From: a virus | Taxonomy: Duplodnaviria; Caudoviricetes | Direction: 5' to 3' (one strand) | Length of the DNA stretch: 24,590 bases | IMG/VR virus record: IMGVR_UViG_3300029318_000094 | Coordinates: 1 to 24,590 of that record | Shown here: positions 14,401 to 23,022 of the stretch, piece after piece | How positions within the stretch are numbered: the first letter of the stretch is position 1 | Layout of the letters: each line of letters begins with the position of its first letter | Translations under genes and position numbers: made by a program | The notes under the pieces: generated by a model | Seen by the model: the letters and a program-made list of their open reading frames with translations, nothing else | What the model was told of the DNA's origin: nothing | Database searches by the model: none

Positions 14401-16369
14401 GCAGTTTAGAAAAACCGCTTCAGCGGCAAACACTTCATTAGGGTTTTTAGGTTGGAAAAATACATATGCAACAGGCACACACGTAGCAGCTAAAATTGAT
14501 GTTTTAACTAGAAACGAATCAAGCAGTGCTCATGACTATACAAATTTAGTTTTTTATACATGGAATGGCTACAATTCTTTATCAGAAAAAATGCGTATTG
14601 CAGATGATGGTAACGTAGGTATCGGATATGATAACCCTTATAAAAAATTACATCTTCATAATCCTACAGATAGTGGTACCCCTGATTGTCAAATGAATTT
14701 TACAACTGGCGTAACTGAAGCTGGTGATGGTAATGGGTTTAGAGTTGGTTGGAATGGATCAGTTGCTAATATGTATTTGTTTGAAAATGCGGATATGCGT
14801 TTTGCTACAAACAATAGTGAAAGAATGCGTATTAAAGCAGACGGCAAGGTTGGAATAGGAACTACATCCCCTGGGGCTGCATTAGAAGTACGTAGCGACG
14901 GTTCCGCAGCTGGAGGAGCAGAAATTAGACTACAACATGCAAATAATAATAGTACAGATGTAGTTTCTACAGTAAACTTTGCAAATAATGCTGGTTCTGT
15001 TGCTATGATACAAGGTGGAACAACTGGTGCAAATAATACGGGGTATATTTCTTTCTTTACCGATAATAGTGGAACATCGTCTGAAAAGATGAGAATACTT
15101 GGTAATGGTAGAGTTGGAATAGGTCTTACAACTGTTAAAAAAGATTTAGAAATAGAAATTGATAATAGCAATAATGTAGTAACCACCGGTAACTCACTTC
15201 TTGGCGGAGATAGTGGAGCAGGAGTACTTATACGTAATTCAAATACAACAACGAATAGTTATGCTAACTTAGATTTTAGAGCAAATAATGCTGACGGTAG
15301 AATTGCTTACCAATATACAGGGACCGCAAATCAAGGTGATTTCCATTTTGTTACTGATAATACCAGCAGTGCAAAATCTTCAATGGTAATAAAAAATGAC
15401 GGAAAAATTGGAATAGGAACTATTAGCCCTGAGTCTCAACTTACAATAAAAGGCGATCCAGGTAATACAAATCAACCAGTTAGAATAACTAATAACGCCA
15501 CAGATACTCATACAGGTTTATTTTTAAACGGTACTGGTAATGCGGTTAATGAAAAATACGGATTACAGTTTGGTAATTATAATGAATATTCTATAGGTGG
15601 TATATTTGGAGTAATGGATAGCGTAAGCGGTAGTACTTCGGGTGATATAACTATTGATTTTGGTGACGGAACTTCTGCTGGAGCTTTAGTTGAAAAAGTT
15701 AGATTTACTCATGAGGGTCGTGTTGGTATAGGAACTAACGCCCCGACAAATCCTTTACATGTTAAGAATGGTGATTCAAGCGGTAGTAATACGTATTCAT
15801 TAATAAAAGTTGAAAATGGAACAAACCATGCTGAATTTGGTGCATTATCTGGTTATGCTAGAATTAGGGCTGCTGGTAATGAAATAATGGCTGGCTCTTG
15901 GGGCGCAACATATTTTTATAATAGTGGTGTTACAGGATTAACATTAACCGGTAATAAAACTGGTGTAGGAACTACTAGTCCTACATATAAATTAAGTGTA
16001 GCAGGTGCTATTTCAGGGGCTGGGTTTGTTACATATACAAAAAGTTATGGATCATTAAATGCAACTGGAAATGCAGTAGCGGGAATAACAGCAAGTGCAA
16101 ATGGGAATGGTAGTTCATGCGGATTTACATTTACGTGCTTTGGCGGCACTGGCAAATACCAAAAAGTAGTGTACTCTTGTTATAACGACCAAGGAACATG
16201 GAGAACCAGAAAAGTTATAGATGAAGGTACTAATGATTTAGATGTAGCTGCTTCAGCCGATGGCTCTACAATCACATTTACATTTAAAGCAACATCATCA
16301 AGCCAAAGTTATACCCCAAGAGTAAAAGTAGAAGCAGAAGGCCACAATATTAATTCAACTTACGCATAA
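11402..16369 (+). CDS. Long modular tail fibre protein A (1655 aa)
   Basis: G/T/S/N-rich, with repeated ATFAGSV and GxVGIGTxxP motifs and an N-terminal MAIPFL. Confidence 0.82.
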   Translation: MAIPFLSPVNTTADIRLPANGKLFLWTGHNDNFLRYNLWQTSASAGMTIKNIASSGDIYFQTNSSTALTLDSNQNVIANAFTGRLQGATTGAPDATIWCVSGEYTNWGIFYNEGTPDKIEFKASGSVTSSITLDNGNISTIGNIVTTTNSAKIQTPRISMEADGTLDWGQARNAGTLTWDSDYAYLKGQVNKGVKIQVNNTTTALTFETDANATFAGSVGVGGSPGAKFDVNAGTTNTVAIFESTDDKAFIILKDDTTSTHLITKDNKFSIGESSTDYDNFKVDITTGDTTIAGDITLSTDADILKAGTNPFRVFTNGTLGLSISASQHATFAGSVTARGIHLGGLGDYITFYGGGETNHSITSRQLDGGTGDDIRVNTYGSFIVNLDSNNNQSAAANSSFFVGRHGGNASGISGTNLLFQIDGATGNVLPGTDSTHDLGTSSNRWANVYADTLHGTVAQANNLQAFDDRDMAPEDMSYSDDLKLFFVEKSGIEGGTVGTNYQDALFISSYVDSSGGNPNLLAFDKSQKKIYHYQASATAASWGTPKELAYTDSVLNLSGGTLQGNIAMGDNDITGLNKITFTDGVELFGSGTNNYLKFKTLSTSNGGILFQDGDNTTQGYLYYDGNATSSFGFLDGTGSWAVRCLENQYVELRYDNSTKLRTASAGVTITGTMEATNDVVGAGDLSIRNVKLNQGNSPTITLGVINSSTGNSKIQFYSKNSGAANGYALQYNKDTGIDRLEFIDGSGNANIKFNNGGAAEFAGSVTATQINTGQGATEVHLMNQNLRTTDDVTFDDLTVTGNLTITGDINSYNVTDLDITDKTITLGKGQDEGHSGGSGLVVDGSGASILWDESNDTWDFNKGVHISGQLMTQALDASASIVQHLRCSDGSNAATFRTTTTGRIFEIRSQNSGSLKFDSTSSTFTGHVNAATGFRMASGQAIDFVSTNIGYNSIERNTSVGGLQINTGDTASMNILDNGNVGINSTSPEEKLTISTGNVQFRKTASAANTSLGFLGWKNTYATGTHVAAKIDVLTRNESSSAHDYTNLVFYTWNGYNSLSEKMRIADDGNVGIGYDNPYKKLHLHNPTDSGTPDCQMNFTTGVTEAGDGNGFRVGWNGSVANMYLFENADMRFATNNSERMRIKADGKVGIGTTSPGAALEVRSDGSAAGGAEIRLQHANNNSTDVVSTVNFANNAGSVAMIQGGTTGANNTGYISFFTDNSGTSSEKMRILGNGRVGIGLTTVKKDLEIEIDNSNNVVTTGNSLLGGDSGAGVLIRNSNTTTNSYANLDFRANNADGRIAYQYTGTANQGDFHFVTDNTSSAKSSMVIKNDGKIGIGTISPESQLTIKGDPGNTNQPVRITNNATDTHTGLFLNGTGNAVNEKYGLQFGNYNEYSIGGIFGVMDSVSGSTSGDITIDFGDGTSAGALVEKVRFTHEGRVGIGTNAPTNPLHVKNGDSSGSNTYSLIKVENGTNHAEFGALSGYARIRAAGNEIMAGSWGATYFYNSGVTGLTLTGNKTGVGTTSPTYKLSVAGAISGAGFVTYTKSYGSLNATGNAVAGITASANGNGSSCGFTFTCFGGTGKYQKVVYSCYNDQGTWRTRKVIDEGTNDLDVAASADGSTITFTFKATSSSQSYTPRVKVEAEGHNINSTYA

Positions 16370-16372
16370 GAT

Positions 16373-19300
16373 ATGGCACAAATTAAAAAGTTATCAACTG
16401 AATTACAAGTAAAAGATAAATTACTAGATACAAGCGGAGATGCGGGAACCAGTGGACAAATATTAAGTTCTACAGGTACTGGTACTAATTGGATTACATT
16501 TAGTGGTGCAACAGCATCTAATGGGGCTAATACAAGAGTGGCGTTTTTTACTGGTAGTACTACTATTCAAGGGTCTACTGGTCTTTATTGGAATAATAGC
16601 GATAATAAATTAGGAATTGCAACTAGTACTCCATCTAGAACTCTACATGTTGGTGGAGCTGGTGGTTCTAGTGGAGGTATAATGATTTCTCCAACATCAG
16701 GTGATGCTGAAATACAATTTCAAGACTCAGGAACTACTAACGCATATATTACATTAGATGATGGTACTCATGATTTAAATTTTAGAGATGATTCAGCTAC
16801 TGTAATGACCGTTGATTTTGCAAGCGAAAGAGTAGGTGTAGGAAATACAAATCCTCAATATACGTTAGATGTTGCTGGTGTTATAAAAGGAACAAGCTCA
16901 ATAAGAGTAGACGCTGGTTCACCATACTTTGGTTTATATAATTCTGGTACAGAAAAAGCATATTTACAATGGACCCAAACTAGTTCTCTTTTAACTTTAC
17001 AATCAGATGGTGCTATTGATTATAAAAGTGGTGGTTTACAAAAATGGACTATTAGTGGAAATCAAAAAATGACATTAAACACTGATGGATATTTAGGAAT
17101 AGGTACTTCAACTCCTACTGGAGTATTAGACGTTTTATCTACAGACTCTCAAAGATATGCTAGGTTTAGAGCCCCTAATGGTGAAGAAAGATTTCAATTT
17201 TACATTGGAAGTACTGGTAACGGAGCTAGATTATCAATGTTCGATCAGGACGGTACTACGGAAGGCGCAAGAATATCATCAACTGGTAATTCATATTTAA
17301 ATAATAACAGTAAACTTGGTATAAACACTAATTCACCAACTGCACCATTAGATGTGTTAGGTGTTAGAGCAGGTAGAGGTTGGGCTATTAATGATAGAGC
17401 AAATATTAGACTTGACTCAAACGGAACAGGCGTTCCGGCAGATATATTATTTGGACATACAGCCGCTGCAAATCAAACAAGTTGGACAGGCGTTTATTGG
17501 GCATTAAGTTCTAGAGGAACAGCCGATGGCAACAAATTCCATTTTTATAGAGGAGGCGGAAATCCAGGAGGTAACGAGGCGGTTGCTATGACTATAGCCT
17601 CCGACTTAAAAATAGGGATTGGTACTACTTCCCCTAATGAAGAATTACATATCAGAGCAACAGCGGCGGATTTAAGATTAGAAAGTACAGGTGCTAACCA
17701 AGCTTCTAGATATATTTTACAAACAGATGACCGACAATGGCGCATAGGTACGCATGGTGGTCAATCTGACAACTTGTGGTTTTATGATGCTACTGCGGCA
17801 GCTTATAGAATGGCTATAACCACTGCTGGTAATATCGGTATAGGAACTGTTAGCCCAGGGTATAAATTAGAAGTTGCTGATGATACAGATGGTACAGCAA
17901 ATTTATTAATGTTAAGAAATTCTGATTCCACATATGCTCAAACTTGGGCATTCCAATCAGATACAGCTAAAGATTTAGTAATTACAGGGTCAAGTGGTGC
18001 TGGTGGATTTAAATTTGTCCCAGGATCAAGAGGTTCAACTTTTTCAGGTGATGTAACAACTTCAGGTAATATATATTTAAACAATAATAAAACTATTTTT
18101 GGTAAAAATACCAGTGGTTCTAATTATGGATTATTAACTATAACTAGTGGAAATGTTGTTAAATTAGGCGCTTATGCATATACAAGTGCAGCTACGCAAA
18201 TTGGTTTAGGAGATAATGGTAAGTTTTTAATTGGTACAGAAGAGGCACTTTCTATTAATAATTCTAAAAATGCAACTTTTGCTGGCAGTATAACTGCTAC
18301 TGATTTAACATTGACGGGTAATTTAAATATTTACGGTGATATAAACACACAAAATGTAACTAATTTAGATGTAACAGATAAAACAATAACAGTAGCAAAA
18401 GGTGCCACTGATTCAGCTGCCGCTGATGAAGCCGGATTAGTTGTAGATGGGGCTAGTGCTTCAATATTATACGATCATACTGGTACAAAATGGAAAATTA
18501 ATAAAATTACTGAAATTATTCCTTCTGGCCAAACTCGTGGAATAATTGTAGATACTGTTAGTGGATATGGTAGAATAGGATCGACCAACAGCTCTTTATT
18601 TATAGGAGGAGGAAGTACTTCAGAAATACAAGCACAGAATAATTTTATTCCAGATGGTGATAGCGTTAGAGCATTAGGTGCTTCAAATAGATATTGGTCT
18701 CATGGTTATATAGACGCAATAACAACAACTGGTAATATTACAGTTGGAGGTACGGTAACTACTGATGGTACTTTAACGGTTGATGGTGGTGGTAGCAGTA
18801 GTGTTTTATTAAAAACTAAAGGTAGCGCAAGAATTGCTTTAGAAAACGCTAATGCAACAGATAGTTTTTATCTTAGTAATACAGGAGGTAATGGCGCTTC
18901 AGTTTTAGACTTAGGCGGAGCTTTAAGTCTTGAGGAAAATGGTAATGCAACTTTTACAGGAACTATATCAACAACTGGAATAGTTAGTACTTTAAGAGAT
19001 AGTGTATTAATAAGTTATTCTGGTAATGACGGAAATAACAATGATGCTGGGTTAAAAATAATGAATGATGGCAACGATTGGGGTGCCTATATTAGAAAAA
19101 GCAGCAATGGTAATTATGGTTTAAGAATTGACTCAGGCGGAAATCATGCATTATCTATATATTCAACTACTGGTGGTTCAACAAGAGTATTTGGTGTTAA
19201 TGGTTCTAATGGAGATACAACTTTAGGTGCTTTAACATCAGCTGGTAACGGAGCTTTTACAGGTTATGTTTCGGCAACACATTTTAGACCTACAAATATT

Positions 19301-21997
19301 GTAACAAATAAAGTTGTTAAATTTAATGGTACACAATTAGACGACTCTACTATTACAGACACTGGTTCTGCGATTACATTGGGTTCTGCAACAACAATTA
19401 GTAATAAACTTTTTGTTGACGGTGGATATGGAGTGCAAAAAGGAACATATGCTGAAAGAACTTTTACATCAGGTTATTTTGCAAATGGAACATCTAATCT
19501 AGGTATACTTCTAGAATTACAAAATGTTGCAATACAGGGTATGCTTAAAATAACTTTATCTGGTAGTTATTCTCATCAAAATATAACAGGTGAGCTTGAA
19601 GTTATAATACCTTTTGGTTTTAATCCTGGATCAGGAACTAGTAATGGTATTTGGGGTAATGGTCAAAATAAAGCAATTAGAGCAACAGGTGGAATAGCAG
19701 ATGCATTTACTATCGGTGATTTAGCGTGGAGTTCTTCAACGCAAAGACATTATATACCTATATATAAAATAAATTCGCATGGTAACTCTGTAAAGGTTAG
19801 AGTACAATATTTTGGTGGTAATGCTTCTCAAATTGAAAACTTTAATTTAACATCACCAGCTGCAATAACAATACCAACAGAATATCAAACAAAACATAAA
19901 TCAATAACACAAGGAGATTTAGATTTAAAAGGTGAGTTATATATACCAGGATATATAAATCATACTGGCGATTCTGGTACAGCAATTGGATTTGAGGATA
20001 ACGATGTTATAAGATTTAAAACAGCCAGCTCAACAGCAATGCAAATTGATTCAAGTCAAAATGTAAAAGTTGTAGCCGGTAGTTTATCTATTAGTGGTGA
20101 TAACGATAACTTTGTAAGCTTTACAGAAACTGGTGCTGGTAAAATGACTATTGCCGCTCCTGACGACATAGTATTAGATGCTGAAAGTGATATAATTTTA
20201 GATGCAAATGGTGCAGATGTTCGTTTAAAAAGAGGCGGAACAGAATATGCTGTATTAAGACATAATAATACAGGTTTAAATATTCAAACTTCAGAAACAA
20301 ACTCCAGCATTTACTTATGGCCTAATGGAACGGGTAATGTATATGCACTTACAGACACGTTTATTGTAACTTCAGCAGAAGGTGAAGCCGCAAAAATATT
20401 ATTAAGAACAGATGAGGGTGATGATAATGGAGATGATTGGTACATAGAAAACAACACTAATAATAGTTTATTATTTACAAATGATAAAACAGGTTCACAA
20501 CTAGCAAATTTAACATTAGCACCACAAGGGCCTTCAAATAGCGCTATAGCAACTTTTGCAGGTAATGTAGTTGCTGGAAATAGATTTGAAGCCGCGGTTG
20601 GAAGCGCGGGTGCCCCAACATATACTTTTACTGGTAAAACCGACACTGGTATGTATGCTCGTGATCATAGTAGTAATGATAGATTAGGATTTTCAATAGA
20701 TGGCACAGAAAGAGCTTATATAGATGCAAATGGTATTACTTCGATGGGTAACTTTTATGCGCCATCAGGTAATTCGTTTAGAAATTACAGTGGTGTTTGG
20801 GCTGCTACAACGGGTACGAGTGGTAATGGATTTACATTTGCTAACACAGCGGACAACAGCGGTGCTGTATTACTAAGCATTACATCTGACTCTTCTGCGG
20901 CTTCAGCTTCAGTTGCTACTTTTGCAGGTGATATGCAAGCCGCAAGAGTATATGTAGGCTCCACAAACACAAGTTATGATTTTTACAATAATGGAACTAG
21001 CTATTTAAATGGTAATGTAACAGTAGATGCTGCATTTACACAAACAGGCGGAGCTGCATTAACTTTTTCAGGTGATGTAAATATGTCAACAGGTAAATCA
21101 GTTTATATTAGTGGCACATCAGGACTAAGACTTATACATGATGGTACAAATGGTCATGTTATTTCTGGTACTGGACAACTTAAAATAACTAACGGTGCTC
21201 AAGATGAAGATATAATATTTAGAGGCAACGATAATGGCAGTTCTTTTACAGCTCTTACTTTAGATATGTCAGAAGCCGGTTATGCAATATTTAATAGTAC
21301 TGTTAAAGCGCCTACACTTACAGGAGCCAATAATTTAGGCGCAACAGTATATACAATAGATTCAACAGGGGTTGTATTACATCCAACTGGGTCTGTTGTT
21401 AGAGCTGGTACTGGTACTAAAGGTGCGCCATCATTTAGTTTTGCAGGTGACTCAAATACAGGAATGTACTCAGATTCTTCTGATACATTAAAATTTACTG
21501 CAGGTGGAAATAATATGTTACAGGTAAACGTGGATGCAGGAAAAGTAGGAGTTGTTGGTAGTTTAAAAGTATCTTCAAATATTGAAGATAGAAACATACC
21601 TTGTTTATTTAATAGCAATTTTGAAGACGCTTATGGCACTAGTATTGTAGTAGTTCCTTTTAACAATAATACAGAAAATAACGTTTCAACTAGAACTTAT
21701 AATCATAATTTAACTATGCCTTATGCTGGTAAGTTAACAAAAATAGTTATGAAGCACGTTAGCGGAAGTTTAAGTAGTGGGTTTACAACACAATTATTCT
21801 TGTATGTAAATGGTTCCCAGCAAGCAAGTAGTAGTGAAATAAGTTTGTCAAGCAGTTCTGTAACATGGACACCAACATCAAACAACACATTTTCAGCTGG
21901 GGATGTGCTTACTTTTGCTTATCAAAAAAGTGCTATAAAAACATTTGGAGGCGTTTCATTTGGAGTAGCAATAGAATTAACAGATTACGATATATAA
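16373..21997 (+). CDS. Long modular tail fibre protein B (1874 aa)
   Basis: Contains GTSGQILSSTGTGTNW, the same repeat families as fibre A, and a C-terminal beta-sandwich-like tip. Confidence 0.82.
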   Translation: MAQIKKLSTELQVKDKLLDTSGDAGTSGQILSSTGTGTNWITFSGATASNGANTRVAFFTGSTTIQGSTGLYWNNSDNKLGIATSTPSRTLHVGGAGGSSGGIMISPTSGDAEIQFQDSGTTNAYITLDDGTHDLNFRDDSATVMTVDFASERVGVGNTNPQYTLDVAGVIKGTSSIRVDAGSPYFGLYNSGTEKAYLQWTQTSSLLTLQSDGAIDYKSGGLQKWTISGNQKMTLNTDGYLGIGTSTPTGVLDVLSTDSQRYARFRAPNGEERFQFYIGSTGNGARLSMFDQDGTTEGARISSTGNSYLNNNSKLGINTNSPTAPLDVLGVRAGRGWAINDRANIRLDSNGTGVPADILFGHTAAANQTSWTGVYWALSSRGTADGNKFHFYRGGGNPGGNEAVAMTIASDLKIGIGTTSPNEELHIRATAADLRLESTGANQASRYILQTDDRQWRIGTHGGQSDNLWFYDATAAAYRMAITTAGNIGIGTVSPGYKLEVADDTDGTANLLMLRNSDSTYAQTWAFQSDTAKDLVITGSSGAGGFKFVPGSRGSTFSGDVTTSGNIYLNNNKTIFGKNTSGSNYGLLTITSGNVVKLGAYAYTSAATQIGLGDNGKFLIGTEEALSINNSKNATFAGSITATDLTLTGNLNIYGDINTQNVTNLDVTDKTITVAKGATDSAAADEAGLVVDGASASILYDHTGTKWKINKITEIIPSGQTRGIIVDTVSGYGRIGSTNSSLFIGGGSTSEIQAQNNFIPDGDSVRALGASNRYWSHGYIDAITTTGNITVGGTVTTDGTLTVDGGGSSSVLLKTKGSARIALENANATDSFYLSNTGGNGASVLDLGGALSLEENGNATFTGTISTTGIVSTLRDSVLISYSGNDGNNNDAGLKIMNDGNDWGAYIRKSSNGNYGLRIDSGGNHALSIYSTTGGSTRVFGVNGSNGDTTLGALTSAGNGAFTGYVSATHFRPTNIVTNKVVKFNGTQLDDSTITDTGSAITLGSATTISNKLFVDGGYGVQKGTYAERTFTSGYFANGTSNLGILLELQNVAIQGMLKITLSGSYSHQNITGELEVIIPFGFNPGSGTSNGIWGNGQNKAIRATGGIADAFTIGDLAWSSSTQRHYIPIYKINSHGNSVKVRVQYFGGNASQIENFNLTSPAAITIPTEYQTKHKSITQGDLDLKGELYIPGYINHTGDSGTAIGFEDNDVIRFKTASSTAMQIDSSQNVKVVAGSLSISGDNDNFVSFTETGAGKMTIAAPDDIVLDAESDIILDANGADVRLKRGGTEYAVLRHNNTGLNIQTSETNSSIYLWPNGTGNVYALTDTFIVTSAEGEAAKILLRTDEGDDNGDDWYIENNTNNSLLFTNDKTGSQLANLTLAPQGPSNSAIATFAGNVVAGNRFEAAVGSAGAPTYTFTGKTDTGMYARDHSSNDRLGFSIDGTERAYIDANGITSMGNFYAPSGNSFRNYSGVWAATTGTSGNGFTFANTADNSGAVLLSITSDSSAASASVATFAGDMQAARVYVGSTNTSYDFYNNGTSYLNGNVTVDAAFTQTGGAALTFSGDVNMSTGKSVYISGTSGLRLIHDGTNGHVISGTGQLKITNGAQDEDIIFRGNDNGSSFTALTLDMSEAGYAIFNSTVKAPTLTGANNLGATVYTIDSTGVVLHPTGSVVRAGTGTKGAPSFSFAGDSNTGMYSDSSDTLKFTAGGNNMLQVNVDAGKVGVVGSLKVSSNIEDRNIPCLFNSNFEDAYGTSIVVVPFNNNTENNVSTRTYNHNLTMPYAGKLTKIVMKHVSGSLSSGFTTQLFLYVNGSQQASSSEISLSSSSVTWTPTSNNTFSAGDVLTFAYQKSAIKTFGGVSFGVAIELTDYDI

Positions 21998-21998
21998 T

Positions 21999-22493
21999 AT
22001 GGGATATTTTGAAAACATAAACAAAAACGATTTAAATCTTTTAACCGATGGGGAGGTAAGATATGTAAATGGAGCATATACATTAGTTCCTTGGATGGAA
22101 GGGTTGGATGATGCCATATATCAAGGGTGTATTGATGATTTATTAAAAATGAATTGGGCACATTACAAATTATATTTAGTTGGTGGTCTTTTACAAGGTT
22201 GGAAAACAACTGATATAGATATTTGTATAACTGGTGAAATTGATGAAAACTTACCAATTTTAATGAAAGCAGCAATGGAGTTAGGCCCATTTGATATGTA
22301 TTATGTAAAGTCTTTAGACGATATAAAAGGATCAGGCAATAGAATATGGGAATTTGCAAAACCAGACTGTAAAGCACATGAAGGAGCACAAAGATGGCAT
22401 GGCCAATGGAAATCTGATGGTATGTTCTGGATGACTGAAAAATTTGATCCTAAGGGCAGAACTTACGATAAAGAACCTTTAGCATTAAATTAA
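21999..22493 (+). CDS. Putative Pol-beta-superfamily nucleotidyltransferase (164 aa)
   Basis: LYLVGGLLQGWKTTDIDICI matches hG[GS]-x(n)-DhDh, with a third candidate Asp in GPFDMYY. Confidence 0.6.
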   Translation: MGYFENINKNDLNLLTDGEVRYVNGAYTLVPWMEGLDDAIYQGCIDDLLKMNWAHYKLYLVGGLLQGWKTTDIDICITGEIDENLPILMKAAMELGPFDMYYVKSLDDIKGSGNRIWEFAKPDCKAHEGAQRWHGQWKSDGMFWMTEKFDPKGRTYDKEPLALN

Positions 22494-22559
22494 TAAAGTA
22501 AAAATTACGTAAAATACGTAATGATATAAACATAGTAATAATAATTAAAATTAAATTTT

Positions 22560-22826
22560 ATGGCAAAGAAAACAGACGATTTAAAAATCACAGACGAAGA
22601 ATTAAAACTAATTCAAGAAAAAGTACAACAAATCAATAATTTGCAAATGCAAGTTGGAGGATTAGAAGTACAAAAAGCTACTGCTATTGCAATGGTTGGA
22701 CAAGCCCAGGCAGAGCTAGGTAAAACTCAAGAAATGCTGGAAGAGAAATATGGTAAGGTTTCAGTTAATTTAACTGATGGTACTATAAAAGAGATTGAAG
22801 AAGATGAGCCTAATAAGGAAGATTAG
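22560..22826 (+). CDS. Small coiled-coil phage protein (88 aa)
   Basis: Q/E/L heptad-rich helix followed by LEEKYGKVSVNLTDG; strong A/T-rich leader. Confidence 0.8.
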   Translation: MAKKTDDLKITDEELKLIQEKVQQINNLQMQVGGLEVQKATAIAMVGQAQAELGKTQEMLEEKYGKVSVNLTDGTIKEIEEDEPNKED

Positions 22827-23022
22827 TATTGGTAGAGATTATAAAAACGATGCAATGCATTACGCTGTCGGCCAAGAAGTATATGGCGGGCATACCATAT
22901 GCGATATAATTGAACAAGAAAGTAAATTTTCTATATTAATTAAAAAAGGTAAAGATGTTTTACCTTGGAAAGATTTTAATAAGAATATGGCGGTTTCTGT
23001 TGAATATAATTTAGAATATTAA
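22804..23022 (+). CDS. Hypothetical phage protein (72 aa)
   Basis: ORF track 22795..23022; likely start is the ATG at 22804 (MSLIRKISIG); TAATG coupling to the next gene. Confidence 0.75.
   Translation: MSLIRKISIGRDYKNDAMHYAVGQEVYGGHTICDIIEQESKFSILIKKGKDVLPWKDFNKNMAVSVEYNLEY

Noticed and set aside
11402-22493. Diversity-generating retroelement or invertase shufflon acting on the fibres
   Set aside because: I saw no reverse transcriptase or recombinase, no near-identical template/variable repeat pair differing at adenines, and no inverted cassettes in the window.
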